Shown one piece after another: positions 24,250 to 36,349 of a DNA stretch of 64,000 nucleotides. The stretch is from Octopus bimaculoides (lineage: Eukaryota), in NCBI RefSeq assembly GCF_001194135.2, contig NC_068994.1:29110143-29174142 (forward strand), in the 5' to 3' direction. Made by a program: the position numbers and the translations under genes. Position 1 is the stretch's first letter, and the number at the start of each line of letters is the position of its first letter. Under the pieces are notes generated by a model. The model searched no databases. It was not told the origin of the DNA and was given only the letters and a program-made list of their open reading frames with translations.

Positions 24250-26110
24250 CTGTAACTTCCACTTCCTAATCCAAAGTTCAACACTAGTCAATCAGAATGG
24301 AAAGCTATGTATGGCCTAGAAAATAACATAGTTATAAAAGTAGCTGATAAGGAAGTGCTTTAGTTACTATGAATATAGAAGAATACAAAATTGATGCATT
24401 AACTCTATTTCAAACCACCATCTACTATAAAACAGTAAACATCAACCAACAGACAAAAACAATGTCTAAACTTAACACTTTTAAAAGCCAACACGGAAAA
24501 GGCTTAACTAATTTATCTTACAAACTTTAGTGCCCAAACCAGTTTTTTCTACAGACTTCCCAAAATCCACAAAAATAAAACAATTAATTATGCATGCAAA
24601 GAATCACCCAGTCTGCATAAGCATATCCTTTCTGAAGGATCTCAAATTAAGACCGATTGTGGCACATTCAGCCTGTGAAACTCACAAACTTATTAACTTC
24701 CTTGACATACTCTTAAAACTTTTCTTAAAATTTATACCAAGTTTCATAAGGGGGGAATCTAGACCTATTAAGCCATCTGAAAAAGTTAGCAGGGATGCCA
24801 TAATTGCCTCATTTGATGTAGTTAATCTTTATACTGGCATCCCACATGAGTACAGACTAGAGGAATTTCTGGACCGATTGATCAGCAATTCATCCACAGA
24901 GGGGTTAAAGTTCATCCTTCAGAACAACTTCTTCATTTCCGAGAAAAACACCTAACAACAAATATCTGGGACTGCGATGGGTACAAAAGTTGCTTCAACA
25001 TACGTCAATTTAGTCATGGCTTATCTAGGATTCCAGATATATAATCAAGCCAAAATAAAGTATGTTATCAATTTCCAAAATTATCTGGTGAAAAACTGGA
25101 AACAGTACTTAGATGATTGCCTTTTTCTCAAGACATATAACCGAGATGAACTCTATGATTTTAAATTCCAACTCAATAGCATCAATAACAATATTTAGTT
25201 CACATGGAATTTAGCTATAATCAACTACCCTTCTTAGAAATTTTGAAACCAACGTCCACTACAAACCAACGGACTCTAAACAGTACCTACTATTTACTTC
25301 ATGCTACCCAAAACATACCAAATCCAATTCTTCATTTAACCTAGCTAGAAGACTCCGAACAATTGTCTCCAATCCAGAAATTCAGGATAGAAGACTCCTT
25401 GAATTAAAACAGGCATTACTTGATAGAAAGTACCTGTTTACTCTAAAAGAGAATGGAACCGAATGCGCTAAAACAATAAACACTGAAGAATTATGAAAAG
25501 CCCAAAACAGTTCAGATACACCTGAAGCCCCATCCTTAATTGTCCCCCCCCGCCCCGAAAAATTCAGTTTTATCCATCAGGACATACCGTTATTGAGTCA
25601 AGACCCAAGAATGAAAAAGGCACACGAGTTCTACAAAATAACCAAATGCAAAGGACAAACAAAATCCCTAAAAACTTACCAAAACGAAATTACCAACTAT
25701 GGACTCAACTTCAATAGTTAAAAAGTGTGGATGATCTAATTGTGGAACTTGGGACAAACTTATAAGGGACACATAAATCTAAATCAGGACAAGTTTTTAC
25801 TGTGAAAACCATTTTATTTCTTCTTCAAAAAATTTTATATACGCCCGCAAATGCAACAGTTGCAGGGAAGACTGCATTGGACAAACTAAACTCACTTTAA
25901 GAATGAGATTAAATAATCATCGTCAACAAATATGTAATCCCAGGACCGCACAAACTCCACTTTGTGAACATCTGGATACATGCAGGAAAACCAAATCTCC
26001 TAAATTTCTTGCTTTCTCACTTTATCAATTCGCAGACATTACCCCAAATTAAAGAAGAATAAGTAAGGAAAGTTTGTTCATTAAAAATCACAAACAACTG
26101 ATGAACAGGT
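24250..26110 (+). mobile_element. Degenerate Penelope-like retroelement (RT + GIY-YIG)
   Basis: Fragments IVIKVADK, LRPIVA, SFDVVNLYTGIPH, GTAMGTKVAS, YLDDC, YKPTDSKQYL, then CIGQT...LRMRLNNHRQQI...CEHL; many stops and frameshifts. Confidence 0.9.
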
Positions 26111-26580
26111 TATAAAAACATTAGAAATACGCGATTTGCCTTTTCCTATTAATTTATTATTGTAGAATATCTACTTGCGCATATTCTTTAGGAAACCAAA
26201 ATTCATGTAGCAGCTATCATATATCTTATTTACTTCACACCTTGTTAACAAAGGAAGGATATGCATTAACATGTTCAATAGGAATGAAACTAGTACTAAT
26301 TCATAACATTATTCTTCGACATATTAATGAACAATAATTATCTATAGTGCTTTTATGTAAACATTTATTATATCACTAATTCATATCTCTTCTATCGTAT
26401 GACATATTCAACGGAGAAAAGTTTTTATGTGACCTTCTTACGCGACTGTCACATGAACATTGACCAATCAATTTGTACATTGACGGATAGCATTCTGAGC
26501 CACATTCTTTCAGTAAAGACAAACAGTTTTTAAAGCAATGGTCAGAATAGACACAATTTGTGACATGGCTTATATTCTAT

Positions 26581-26615
26581 CACTTTTGAATATCTAATGT
26601 GAAACCGGTCAAGTG
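26581..26615 (+). ncRNA. Degenerate hammerhead relic in the putative 3' pLTR of the 24250-26110 element
   Basis: CACTT-TTGAATA (2 mismatches to CTGAAGA)-TCTAATGT-GAAAC-CG-GTC-AAGTG; stem I CACTT/AAGTG, palindromic ACCGGT, GUC triplet. Confidence 0.5.
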
Positions 26616-26989
26616 TATTCCTATGTTTCAAAATATAATTAAATTCTAATTATTTCGTTTATACTCTCTGTGCTTTTTCAAATTCATTTCTTCTATTTCT
26701 TCACTCGTTTGGATTAACAACATTTTTTTCTATCTTGCATAATGGTATCGCAGTCACCTGGGTTACAGTTGGTAAGTGGCTCGAGCCATGGAGGTGGCTT
26801 TCTGACATCATCCTGTAAAAGTATTTTTAACCCAATGAATTATGGGCTGTTATTTATTCATGAGAAAAATTCTCGCTTTTGACAAAAAGTGTTAAGAGCA
26901 CGCCTTATACCAAATGGGCCAAACTCTAAACTGGTCTCTCCCCACTCTCTCTCTGTATGTGTGTGTGTATGTGTTCTGTTAAGGTAAGA

Positions 26990-28190
26990 TCAACAAGAAA
27001 AGTATTCCATCCAGTGAGCAATAGACATCATTTAATGTAAACAGTATAAAAATATGAGCTTCTAATAGTTTCTACTTACTATCCACAGAGCCAAATTTAC
27101 AAAGTTCGATATTATAGATTTTTATCCCTCAATATTGAGATCACTGCTTGATAAGGCGACTGAGTTCACAAAATCATATGTTAATATAAACCACATAAAC
27201 CTGGACTTGTATCATGAACATAAGAAAAACAATTTTATTCAGTAAGGGCTTGGCATGGGTTAAAAAAATCAATACTGATGAATTGGCTGATGTATCAATG
27301 GGAACGTATGACAGTGCGGGCATCTGCAATCTTGCTCTATACCTGGACGATGAGTTAGGAATATCTCACTCTCGATAGATTTAGGAAAAACCTCATTGAT
27401 GCATTTTGTCAATTAGGCTTCAAAATCACTGTTACTACTAATTTGTCAAAAGTCGATTTTTTAGATGTTTCCCTAGATCTGAATTCCCACAGCGGCTTCA
27501 AATGTAGACACATTACAATTTCAAATAAAAAAAAAACGAATCATAAAAATCGACCTAAAAACAGACATGGGGAAATAATATGGTTTGCTCCCCACTTCCA
27601 CCTAAATATTAAAACTAATGTAGACAAGAAATTCCTGTCTCTTTTAGACAAGCATTTCCCAGTAAACCATAAATACAGGAAGACTTGTAACAGATGCTCA
27701 ATTAAAATATCATACAGCTGCTGCTCCAATACGAAGCGTCACTATGAGCTCATTCCCAATTTTAACTGTCGAAACCCTGAAGCTTGTTCACTTTACCAGG
27801 TATGTATGATAGACTCCATCACATATGATGCAGAAGTTACAGCAAAGCTTCAAGATGACCTCACCAAAAAGAAAAATTACATTGATTTATGTGATGGTGG
27901 TTTCAAAAGATGTTATGCAGACCACCTATCATCTTTCTGACACATCGACAAAAGTAAAGACACTTAATTGGCTAGCTATGTATGGGGTTTGAAGATCAAC
28001 TGCACACCACATACAATGAAGTGGAGAATCACAGAGAAATCCATATCATAGTAAATGGATCTAAGAAATGCAGCTTATGCGTAGCTGAAAGATCACACAT
28101 TCTCTTTACATCTAAGAATTTTATCGTGATACTGAATTCCAGATCAGAAATTTCCACAAATGCAAGCATATGGACAAATTTCTTTTGTTG
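26990..28190 (+). mobile_element. Second, unrelated Penelope-like element with internal deletions
   Basis: KFDIIDFYPS, DVSMGTYDSA, YLDD, VDFLDVSLDL, IIWFAPHF...KFLSLLDKHFP...IKISYSC, CRNPEACSL, YIDLCDGGFK, KKCSLCVAE. Confidence 0.85.
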
Positions 28191-28358
28191 AAATGGAGAA
28201 CACCATCCTCTAATGTCTACCTTGCATGCAGGCATGGGTTGGACAGTTTGACAAGTGCTGGCCAGGCAGGAGCCTGCATCAGACTTCTGTGTCTGTTTTG
28301 ACAGGGTTTTTATAGCTGGGTACCTTTCCTAATACCAACTACCCAGCAGAGTGAACTA

Positions 28359-28400
<42 letters not shown>

Positions 28401-28819
28401 NNNNNNNNNNNNNNNNNNNNNNNNNNNNNNNNNNNNNNNNNNNNNNNNNNNNNNNNNNNNNNNNNNNNNNNNNNNNNNNNNNNNNNNNNNNNNNNNNNNN
28501 NNNNNNNNNNNNNNNNNNNNNNNNNNNNNNNNNNNNNNNNNNNNNNNNNNNNNNNNNNNNNNNNNNNNNNNNNNNNNNNNNNNNNNNNNNNNNNNNNNNN
28601 NNNNNNNNNNNNNNNNNNNNNNNNNNNNNNNNNNNNNNNNNNNNNNNNNNNNNNNNNNNNNNNNNNNNNNNNNNNNNNNNNNNNNNNNNNNNNNNNNNNN
28701 NNNNNNNNNNNNNNNNNNNNNNNNNNNNNNNNNNNNNNNNNNNNNNNNNNNNNNNNNNNNNNGTGAGGACATGATATGGATAGTATTATTGGACGCTCAG
28801 GAAAGGAAAGAGAGAGTGT

Positions 28820-28850
28820 ATGACGTTTCGGGCGTAGCCCTTCGTCGGAA
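28820..28850 (-). ncRNA. Hammerhead-like motif, family H2 (weak stem I)
   Basis: CCGACGA-A-GGGC-TAC-GCCC-GAAAC-GTC; downstream sequence matches the repeat at ~2310-2390. Confidence 0.5.
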
Positions 28851-29202
28851 AGATGGAAAGTTCGGAGAATGGAAGAACGGAGAAAGAGGAAAATGGTACC
28901 GATGCCCACGAGGTTACATTATGAAAAGACCGGAAGAGGAGGTGGTGGGGGAAAAGTTCTTTCTAAGATAGGAGAGTGAAAAAGGGAGATGAATATCTGT
29001 GCGTGTGCGAAAGTCTGCGAGTGTGTGTGTGAGGGAAAAAAAATCCAAGCAGCATCCTCTTGAAGCACATCTGCTTATTCCAGTCTTATAATTCAGTATG
29101 TAGTTGTCATTGTCGTATTTGATGTGAGGTACATATTAGAGTTGGAAATTCTAGAAATATTGTATAACAAAACAGGAATCTGGAAAATGTTTTGGTATCA
29201 TT

Positions 29203-29420
29203 TATTCACCATTACACATGTTTCAATTGCTAATAGGAATCACAAAATTGTACATGTTAGTTAAACATGTAAGAAATTTCTTATTCTTGAGACACAATCA
29301 AATAACATAATTTGATTATCTGTCTCAAGAATTTCTAATAGGAAATTACCTACATGTTTATTCAACATGTACAATTCTGTGATTCCTATTAGCAAATGAA
29401 ACATGTATAATGGTGATTAA
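29203..29420. mobile_element. Fold-back MITE (~215 bp)
   Basis: TCACCATTACACATGTTTC...CTTGAGAC mirrored by GTCTCAAG...GAAACATGTATAATGGTGA. Confidence 0.8.
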
Positions 29421-29460
29421 TATATACACACACATATATATATATGTGTGTATATATGTA

Positions 29461-29684
29461 TATGAGGGGGTGCTGAAAAGTTCCTGGCTTTGGGTACAAA
29501 AAAAATACAGCAAGATCAGTTAATTATGATTTCATCCAACATATTGCCCTCCCAGATGCATACACTTATTACAGTGATCCTTCAGTTTTTCTAAGCCCTG
29601 TAAAGGAACTCAGAAGGTTGAGCTTCCAACCAGGCCTTTTACGATATCCTTAAAGCCAGGAACTTTCAGTCCCTCCCACCTCAT
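29461..29684. mobile_element. Mariner-derived MITE
   Basis: TATGAGGGGGTGCTGAAAAGTTCCTGGCTTT versus AAAGCCAGGAACTTTCAGTCCCTCCCACCTCAT. Confidence 0.8.
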
Positions 29685-30185
29685 GTGTATACACGCACAC
29701 ACACATGTATAAACTTTCTATGCACACTTGCACACACATATTTTTATATCTCCATGACTACCAAAGGTAGATAAATGGAGGTTTTGGAACATTGCTTAAC
29801 AATTGGATTGTGTACATATACTGTTCTAATGCACTTAGGAAGGTGCAAAACTCACAATATTATATTTACTTTTTACCTTCTATAACTCAAAAGATTTATA
29901 CATAAGTATATTGTTCTCATCTTCTACAAGCACCTATACAAAAAGATAGGGCTATTGGTTTCATGTTAACAATGAACGTAGTTTGTCAATTCATGAACAG
30001 GTCAAAATATTTCTGGTTGCAGAATTGCTAGCAAAATATGTTCCTTGTCAGCATGAAACTATTGGCTCCTAGCTTTCTGACTTATATTACATTATGAAAT
30101 TTATTAATTTATTCCCTAACTTCTGCTCTTATGTACTTCTTCTTTCTATTTGTTCAACATACATACATACATATGTGTTTATATT

Positions 30186-30486
30186 CTCTTTTTTACTTAC
30201 TTGTTTCAGTCATTTGACTGCGGCCATGCTGGAGCACTACCTTTAGTCGAGCAAATCGACCCCAGGACTTATTCTTTGTAAGCCTAGTACTTATTATATT
30301 GGTCTCTTTTTCCGAACCACTAAGTTATGGGGATGTAAACATAGCACCATCGGTTGTCAAGCGATGTTGGGGGGGGGGACAAACACAGACACACACANNN
30401 NNNNNNNNNNNNNNNNNNNNNNNNNNNNNNNNNNNNNNNNNNNNNNNNNNNNNNNNNNNNNNNNNNNNNNNNNNNNNNNNNNNNNN

Positions 30487-30531
<45 letters not shown>

Positions 30532-30702
30532 TATACATATATATGACAGGGTTCTTTCAGTTTCCGTCTACTAAATCCACTCACAAGGCCTTGGTCGGCC
30601 CGAGGCTATAGCAGAAGACACTTGCCCAAGGTGCCACGCAGTGGGACTGAACCTGGAACTATGTGGTTGGTAAGCAAGCTATTTACCACACAGCCACGCC
30701 TG
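30186..30702 (-). mobile_element. SINE family A, full length (internal microsatellite gapped)
   Basis: Reverse match to 4957-5365. Confidence 0.9.
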
Positions 30703-31419
30703 ATTATATATATATATAATAATTTCATATACACAATTTAGAAAAGAGTTATTAATAGTTTCATGCTGTTGAGATACAATAATTTGACAGATTTATGTAA
30801 CATGCTGAATTATTATATCTTTACAGTATGAAACTATATGTAGCTATTTTTAAAATTGTGAATATTAAATGATATTTATCTCTCACTGGATAGAGTACAT
30901 TTTTTGTTGATCTTACCCAAAATGTAACAGTAGTACTGATTATATAGTGTATTCTTATACACTGTTTAGTGTATTTTCATACATACATACATGAATATAT
31001 ATATATATATATAAATATATATATAATGATACTCACACACACATGCAAGCATATGTTCTTTTACACACACACACGAATATATGTACATATTTAACTTTAA
31101 TATAACATCATCATCATCATCATTATCATCATCATAAGCAAAGATGTTTCTCTTTATTATTACATCCCCTTCTTTCTGCCTTATCATGCTGGTATGATTT
31201 GGACATGTATGACCAAATGACATGTGCCAAAACCTAACATCATTTGTCTCCATGAAGCTCCACGTTGTGAAGCACGTTGAAATCATTTTCAAAATTTTCT
31301 CCGCTTTAGTATAGAATATTCCTATGAGCACATACATACATATAATCAAATATATATACATCCTTAACCTAGTTATGAAAGCATTTATAGCACATCCTCA
31401 GCATAGCTAGAACACAATT

Positions 31420-31850
31420 TGAAGACTGGCTTTTCTCTTCATCACCAAAAAATATTTCAGCCTCCAACAATTGCTGACACTTTACAAAGCTCAAGTGAGA
31501 CCTGCAATGGAGTATTACTCCCATGTCTGAAACAGTGCTGCTGCTACACTAACAGACACCTTAGACTACACACATAAACATCTTAGAAGTGGGCCACAGG
31601 ACTGATTGGCATAAAATTACTCAGACATATTCCAGTTACTCTGCCTTTTCTATTACTACTGGTTTTGTTCCTGCTCCACTCAGGCACTCTAGACCCATTC
31701 ATCTCTCCACTTTTCTCCCACTCTTGTTGTGTCGAATTCTCCAGGACCCATGCTAATCACTATACTTAGTCCTTCTTCCCTACAACATAGCCCTTCTAGA
31801 ATCTCTCCTCCCTACTCATGTTTTTCCTGTAGGTGTTGTTGTGCAGTAGT
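31420..31850 (+). mobile_element. CR1/L2/Jockey-group LINE 3' fragment
   Basis: KKYFSLQQLLTLYKAQVRPAMEYYSHV and PRTHANHYT*SFFP motifs. Confidence 0.7.
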
Positions 31851-32811
31851 TTGCATGGAACATTACCTGCATAAATTTCACCAGTTTCAGAGGGCTTGTC
31901 CCTCTCTTCCAGATCCATCAAGTACAAAAAATGCATACACACACACACACACACACATAAATCATAAATGCACACAAACATATATACACACACATAAACA
32001 TATATACATACACATAAACACATGCACATATTCATGAAAATGTACCATGGATGTTAACTTGAAAGTTCCTTCCCTGATACATTCCATTCTCTTGATACAA
32101 AATAGTGCCAGTGGTAGGATATGATGGTTCTGTGGTTGGCAATCCCAAAACATGCTGTGTCTTCTCATTTTGTCTTTTCTACAATTACAATAACCTCTAC
32201 TCTTTGAAGCTGGTTGGTCTTACACCACATCTCCTCTCAGGCACTACTGAGGTTCTCATCTCTTCTCCTTTTGTCACCTATATTGAGTGAGTAAGTGTGT
32301 GTGTGCATGTGTCCTCATTCCTGGTCCCACACTAATCCCTGCCATTTAATCCTTCTTCCCTAGAATTCCCTCCCTGCAGTTATCAACTTGCACTTGTTCA
32401 AGAGGAATATCAATTACATTATTCTTGGCAGTCTTGGAGGCCTTGTCGAAGACCAAGAGCACAGACCCTTCTTTCATAACAAACGATTAGACATATAAAG
32501 TTACCCTCTCTATTTGGTCATTGAGTTCTCCACATACATGTATGCATACACACACATAATCACTAACCAGCTGGTATTATTTCATTTCTAGAATATTCTA
32601 TTAATCTGTAACAGAAAGGTAACAATCACACGTACTGTAATGAACAGCCATAATGATGTTGATGACAAGAATGACAATGATGGTGTTGTTGATGATATTG
32701 ATGGCAATGATGATGATGATGAAGCAATAAAACTTCAAACCAATGTCTTTGCAGAATAAACTGCTACACTTTATTTCAGAAATGCTATTTGAACATGTTG
32801 CAATTGTTGTG

Positions 32812-35121
32812 TTAATCAGCTGTAGTTTTTTGTACTTGCTTGCCACCACTACTAGTACCACCACCGCCACCGCCACCGCCACCGCTACCACNNNNNNNNN
32901 NNNNNNNNNNNNNNNNNNNNNNNNNNNNNNNNNNNNNNNNNNNNNNNNNNNNNNNNNNNNNNNNNNNNNNNNNNNNNNNNNNNNNNNNNNNNNNNNNNNN
33001 NNNNNNNNNNNNNNNNNCACCACCACCACCACCACCACCACCACCACTGCTATCTCCACCAAATTGTGAAGCCGAAGAACCAGGTGAATTGGTCCAATCT
33101 CCACCAGAACCTGTTAAGTGTGGGATTGAAAATGGTCTTGACCAGAAATAATTGCTATCCCAAGTTTGTGGCATCTGGGACAAGTAGGAAGAGTTCACCC
33201 ATGGAGATCCAATAGCAGGTGGTTGGAGACAAAGGGCTGAAGTAGAGGAAAGTGGCTGATTTGATGGGAAGTTCTCTTGGCGCTCCTTGTGGGAATTTTT
33301 AGCTTTTGACTGTTTTGATTGTCCATTGGATATCATTGTCTGTTGGAGGGAATTTCTGCGCATGTCAGTTGCTGATGATAGATTAAGACAGTTCTGTGAT
33401 ACATTAGAACTATTAGAGTCTGAGAATGGCATTTCATAATTGTGGTGAGTGCGTAAATGATTTTTCAGATTAGCCTTTTGTGCAAAAGACTTTTCACAAA
33501 ATTGACAATGAAATGACTTTTGACCTGAATGTGTTCGTCTGTGGTTATCTAAGTTAGCTCTCTGTGAGAATGACTTTGAACACAACTCACATGAGAAAGG
33601 CTTTTCTCCAGTGTGTGTTCGACGGTGGCTGTCTAAATTTGCTCTTTGGGGGAAGGATTTATCACATAAATCACACTTGAATGGACGTTCTCCTGTATGT
33701 GTACGCCTGTGACTGTCCAAGTTTGCTCTCTGACAGAAAGATTTTGGGCAGAATTCACAACTGTATGGTCTTTCACCAGAATGAGTCCTCATGTGAATTT
33801 TTAGATTTCCTTGCTGAGCAAAGCTTTTCCTGCAAACTATACAGACATATGGTTTTAAACCTGTGTGTGTACGTTCATGATTTTTGAGGTCTGTTTGTTG
33901 AGAAAATCCTCGAGTGCAGAACTGACAAACAAATGGTTTTTCTCCCGTATGAGTTCTTATATGATTTTTAAGATTGATATTTAGTGTGAAGCTTTTACTG
34001 CACTCTGGACATTGAAACAGTTTCTCTCCAGTATGAATTCGGCGATGACTGTCGAGATTTGCTTTCTGGCAAAAAGACTTACTGCACAAATCGCAGCTGT
34101 ATGGTTTTTCACCAGAGTGAGTTCGGAAATGCACTTTCAGATTTCCTTGCTGAGCAAATGACTTGCAGCACACAGTACAAATGTAAGGTTTTTGACCTGT
34201 GTGAGTTCGTTCATGATTCTTCAAGTCTGTTTGTTGTGCAAATGCTTTAGGGCAGTAGGTACAAACATATGGCCGTTCACCACTGTGTATACGATAATGT
34301 GTTTTCAAATTGATTTGCTGTGAAAAAGCTTTGCTGCATATATTGCACTCATACAGTTTCTCCCCAGTATGGATGCGTTCATGATTCTTCAGGTTTGTCT
34401 GTTGCGTAAATGACTTGGAACACGTAGTGCAAGCATAAGGCTTCACACCTGTATGGGTGCGAATGTGACTATCCAGATTTGCTCTCTGTGAAAAGCATTT
34501 GTCACAGAATTCACAATGGAAAGGCCGCTCACCAGTGTGGGTGCGTCGGTGATTGTCAAAATTTGCCCGTTGGGCAAAGGTTTTATTACAGAATTCACAG
34601 CTATATGGTTTCTCACCACTGTGTGTCATCTGATGAGTTTTTAGGTGAGCCCGCTGTGAAAATGCCTTACTGCAGTGGCCACAATAAAAATGCTTTTCAT
34701 CAGCTGGTGCCCGTTCATGATTGTCAAGATTAGTTCTGCGTGCAAAGCCCTTACGGCAGATTTCGCACTTGTAAGGTTTCTGTGAGGTTGCGTTTATAGA
34801 GATTCCTGCAGATGGAATATTATTACCGGTGCTAGGCATGCCATTATTGTTACTGTTGTTGTTGTTGTTGTTATTGTTGTTGTTGTTGTTGTTGTTGCAG
34901 CTGTTGCTGTTATTGTTGTTGTTGATTTGTCCAGGCTGGTTAAGTTTGGCAGGTTTTTGGCTGTATAACCCACTTGCAGCAACATGTGGGTCTCTTGAGA
35001 GGAATACTTTATTGCATAGATCATAACTGAACTGGTTTCCTAAGGCATACATAGACTGGAGAGAATACATGAGCTTGGAATATTCAGAACTTGAACAGTT
35101 CTCCAGTGTGTACTTCATCAT
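32812..35121 (-). CDS. C2H2 zinc-finger protein: 15 intact tandem fingers plus 1 degenerate finger, N-terminal poly-Asn, C-terminal poly-Gly
   Basis: Long open frame with repeated C-x2-C-x12-H-x3-H units and TGEKP/SGERP linkers. The frame crosses an N gap (32892-33018), so the stop at 32812 is uncertain; upstream exons are not excluded. Confidence 0.93.
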   Translation of the reverse strand: MMKYTLENCSSSEYSKLMYSLQSMYALGNQFSYDLCNKVFLSRDPHVAASGLYSQKPAKLNQPGQINNNNNSNSCNNNNNNNNNNNNNNSNNNGMPSTGNNIPSAGISINATSQKPYKCEICRKGFARRTNLDNHERAPADEKHFYCGHCSKAFSQRAHLKTHQMTHSGEKPYSCEFCNKTFAQRANFDNHRRTHTGERPFHCEFCDKCFSQRANLDSHIRTHTGVKPYACTTCSKSFTQQTNLKNHERIHTGEKLYECNICSKAFSQQINLKTHYRIHSGERPYVCTYCPKAFAQQTDLKNHERTHTGQKPYICTVCCKSFAQQGNLKVHFRTHSGEKPYSCDLCSKSFCQKANLDSHRRIHTGEKLFQCPECSKSFTLNINLKNHIRTHTGEKPFVCQFCTRGFSQQTDLKNHERTHTGLKPYVCIVCRKSFAQQGNLKIHMRTHSGERPYSCEFCPKSFCQRANLDSHRRTHTGERPFKCDLCDKSFPQRANLDSHRRTHTGEKPFSCELCSKSFSQRANLDNHRRTHSGQKSFHCQFCEKSFAQKANLKNHLRTHHNYEMPFSDSNSSNVSQNCLNLSSATDMRRNSLQQTMISNGQSKQSKAKNSHKERQENFPSNQPLSSTSALCLQPPAIGSPWVNSSYLSQMPQTWDSNYFWSRPFSIPHLTGSGGDWTNSPGSSASQFGGDSSGGGGGGGGGXXXXXXXXXXXXXXXXXXXXXXXXXXXXXXXXXXXXXXXXXXXGSGGGGGGGGGTSSGGKQVQKTTAD

Positions 35122-36318
35122 GATGTTGTTGTTGTTACTATTGTTGTTTAGCTCTAGGTCAGCCCTAAATAAGTTGACCTCTGATCAAAAGTTTTCAAGA
35201 TGTGTCCACGCTGTTTTGTTTTCAGCAATAATGTATCAAGGGCTACATTATTCAATATGCTCTTTGTTTTTGTTTTTTAAGGTGTGATTTGTAAGTGATA
35301 TGGCTGCTATTTTGACTCCATAGACGCTCCCTCATTCTTCAATTATGTGTAAGAATAATCAAAACATTCCTTACGAAGTCACATCTCTGGGTCATAAGGT
35401 CCCTTCATTGCTCTGTAGCAGTTTGTTAAGCATTTTATTCAAGAGATAATGAAGAAAGACATCTTTAAAAATCAGTTGTTAATGACTGAAAAATTATTGA
35501 TGGTAGACCATCAATAATAGTGTAGGGTTAAAAACCAAAGAAGATTCACCATTGATGAAGGTAAAAGCATGGGAGGAGTTCTGAAGCTGAGTAACATTAA
35601 TGAATAATAAACAAAGAAGACAAACAGGAAAACTTCATGAAAGATAGTTAGAGTCTGTTCCAGGCTAAAGTGGTTGGAGGTTAAATAAAAATTTCTCTCT
35701 ATGTAGTCATACAGCTGTGTTTGTGTCTGAAACAAAAGAAACAACAGGTTATTAAGTGGAATTACTGAAACATTAATTCTACAAGGAGACATTGATATCA
35801 GTAAGTTACTTTGCACATTAGGTAAGGCATGTATATGGTTTTGAAGAATCCACTAGAAATAGCAGCCAAAACTCTCTCAAATCACACCCAACTGTCTTAA
35901 ATAAGAGTAAGATCACATTAAATAACATAATACTGGATACCTTTAAAAATCAGGATAGTCTTTGGGTTAAACATCAACAGCAACAACATTGGGTGTATAT
36001 AACCTATGATAATTACAGTGTTGGATATGAATTTTATAGACACCAATAACTTATTTGTTTACATATTTATTATATATCATGATTTATGAACAATAATGTT
36101 ATTTGTTAGAGATTTCTAACAGATCAATCAATGATTGATTGTATTTATGATGGCAAGAATGACATGGGAGTTCTTGTGAAACATAATGTAGAACAATCTC
36201 TGCAGGATATCTGAGAGCAAAAGCAAAAGTACCAGTTTATTGGTTTTCTTGCTGATGTGTATATCATTTGATGATGTACATAAAGAGCGATATATACGTA
36301 TGCAAGACATATGCATGA

Positions 36319-36349
<31 letters not shown>

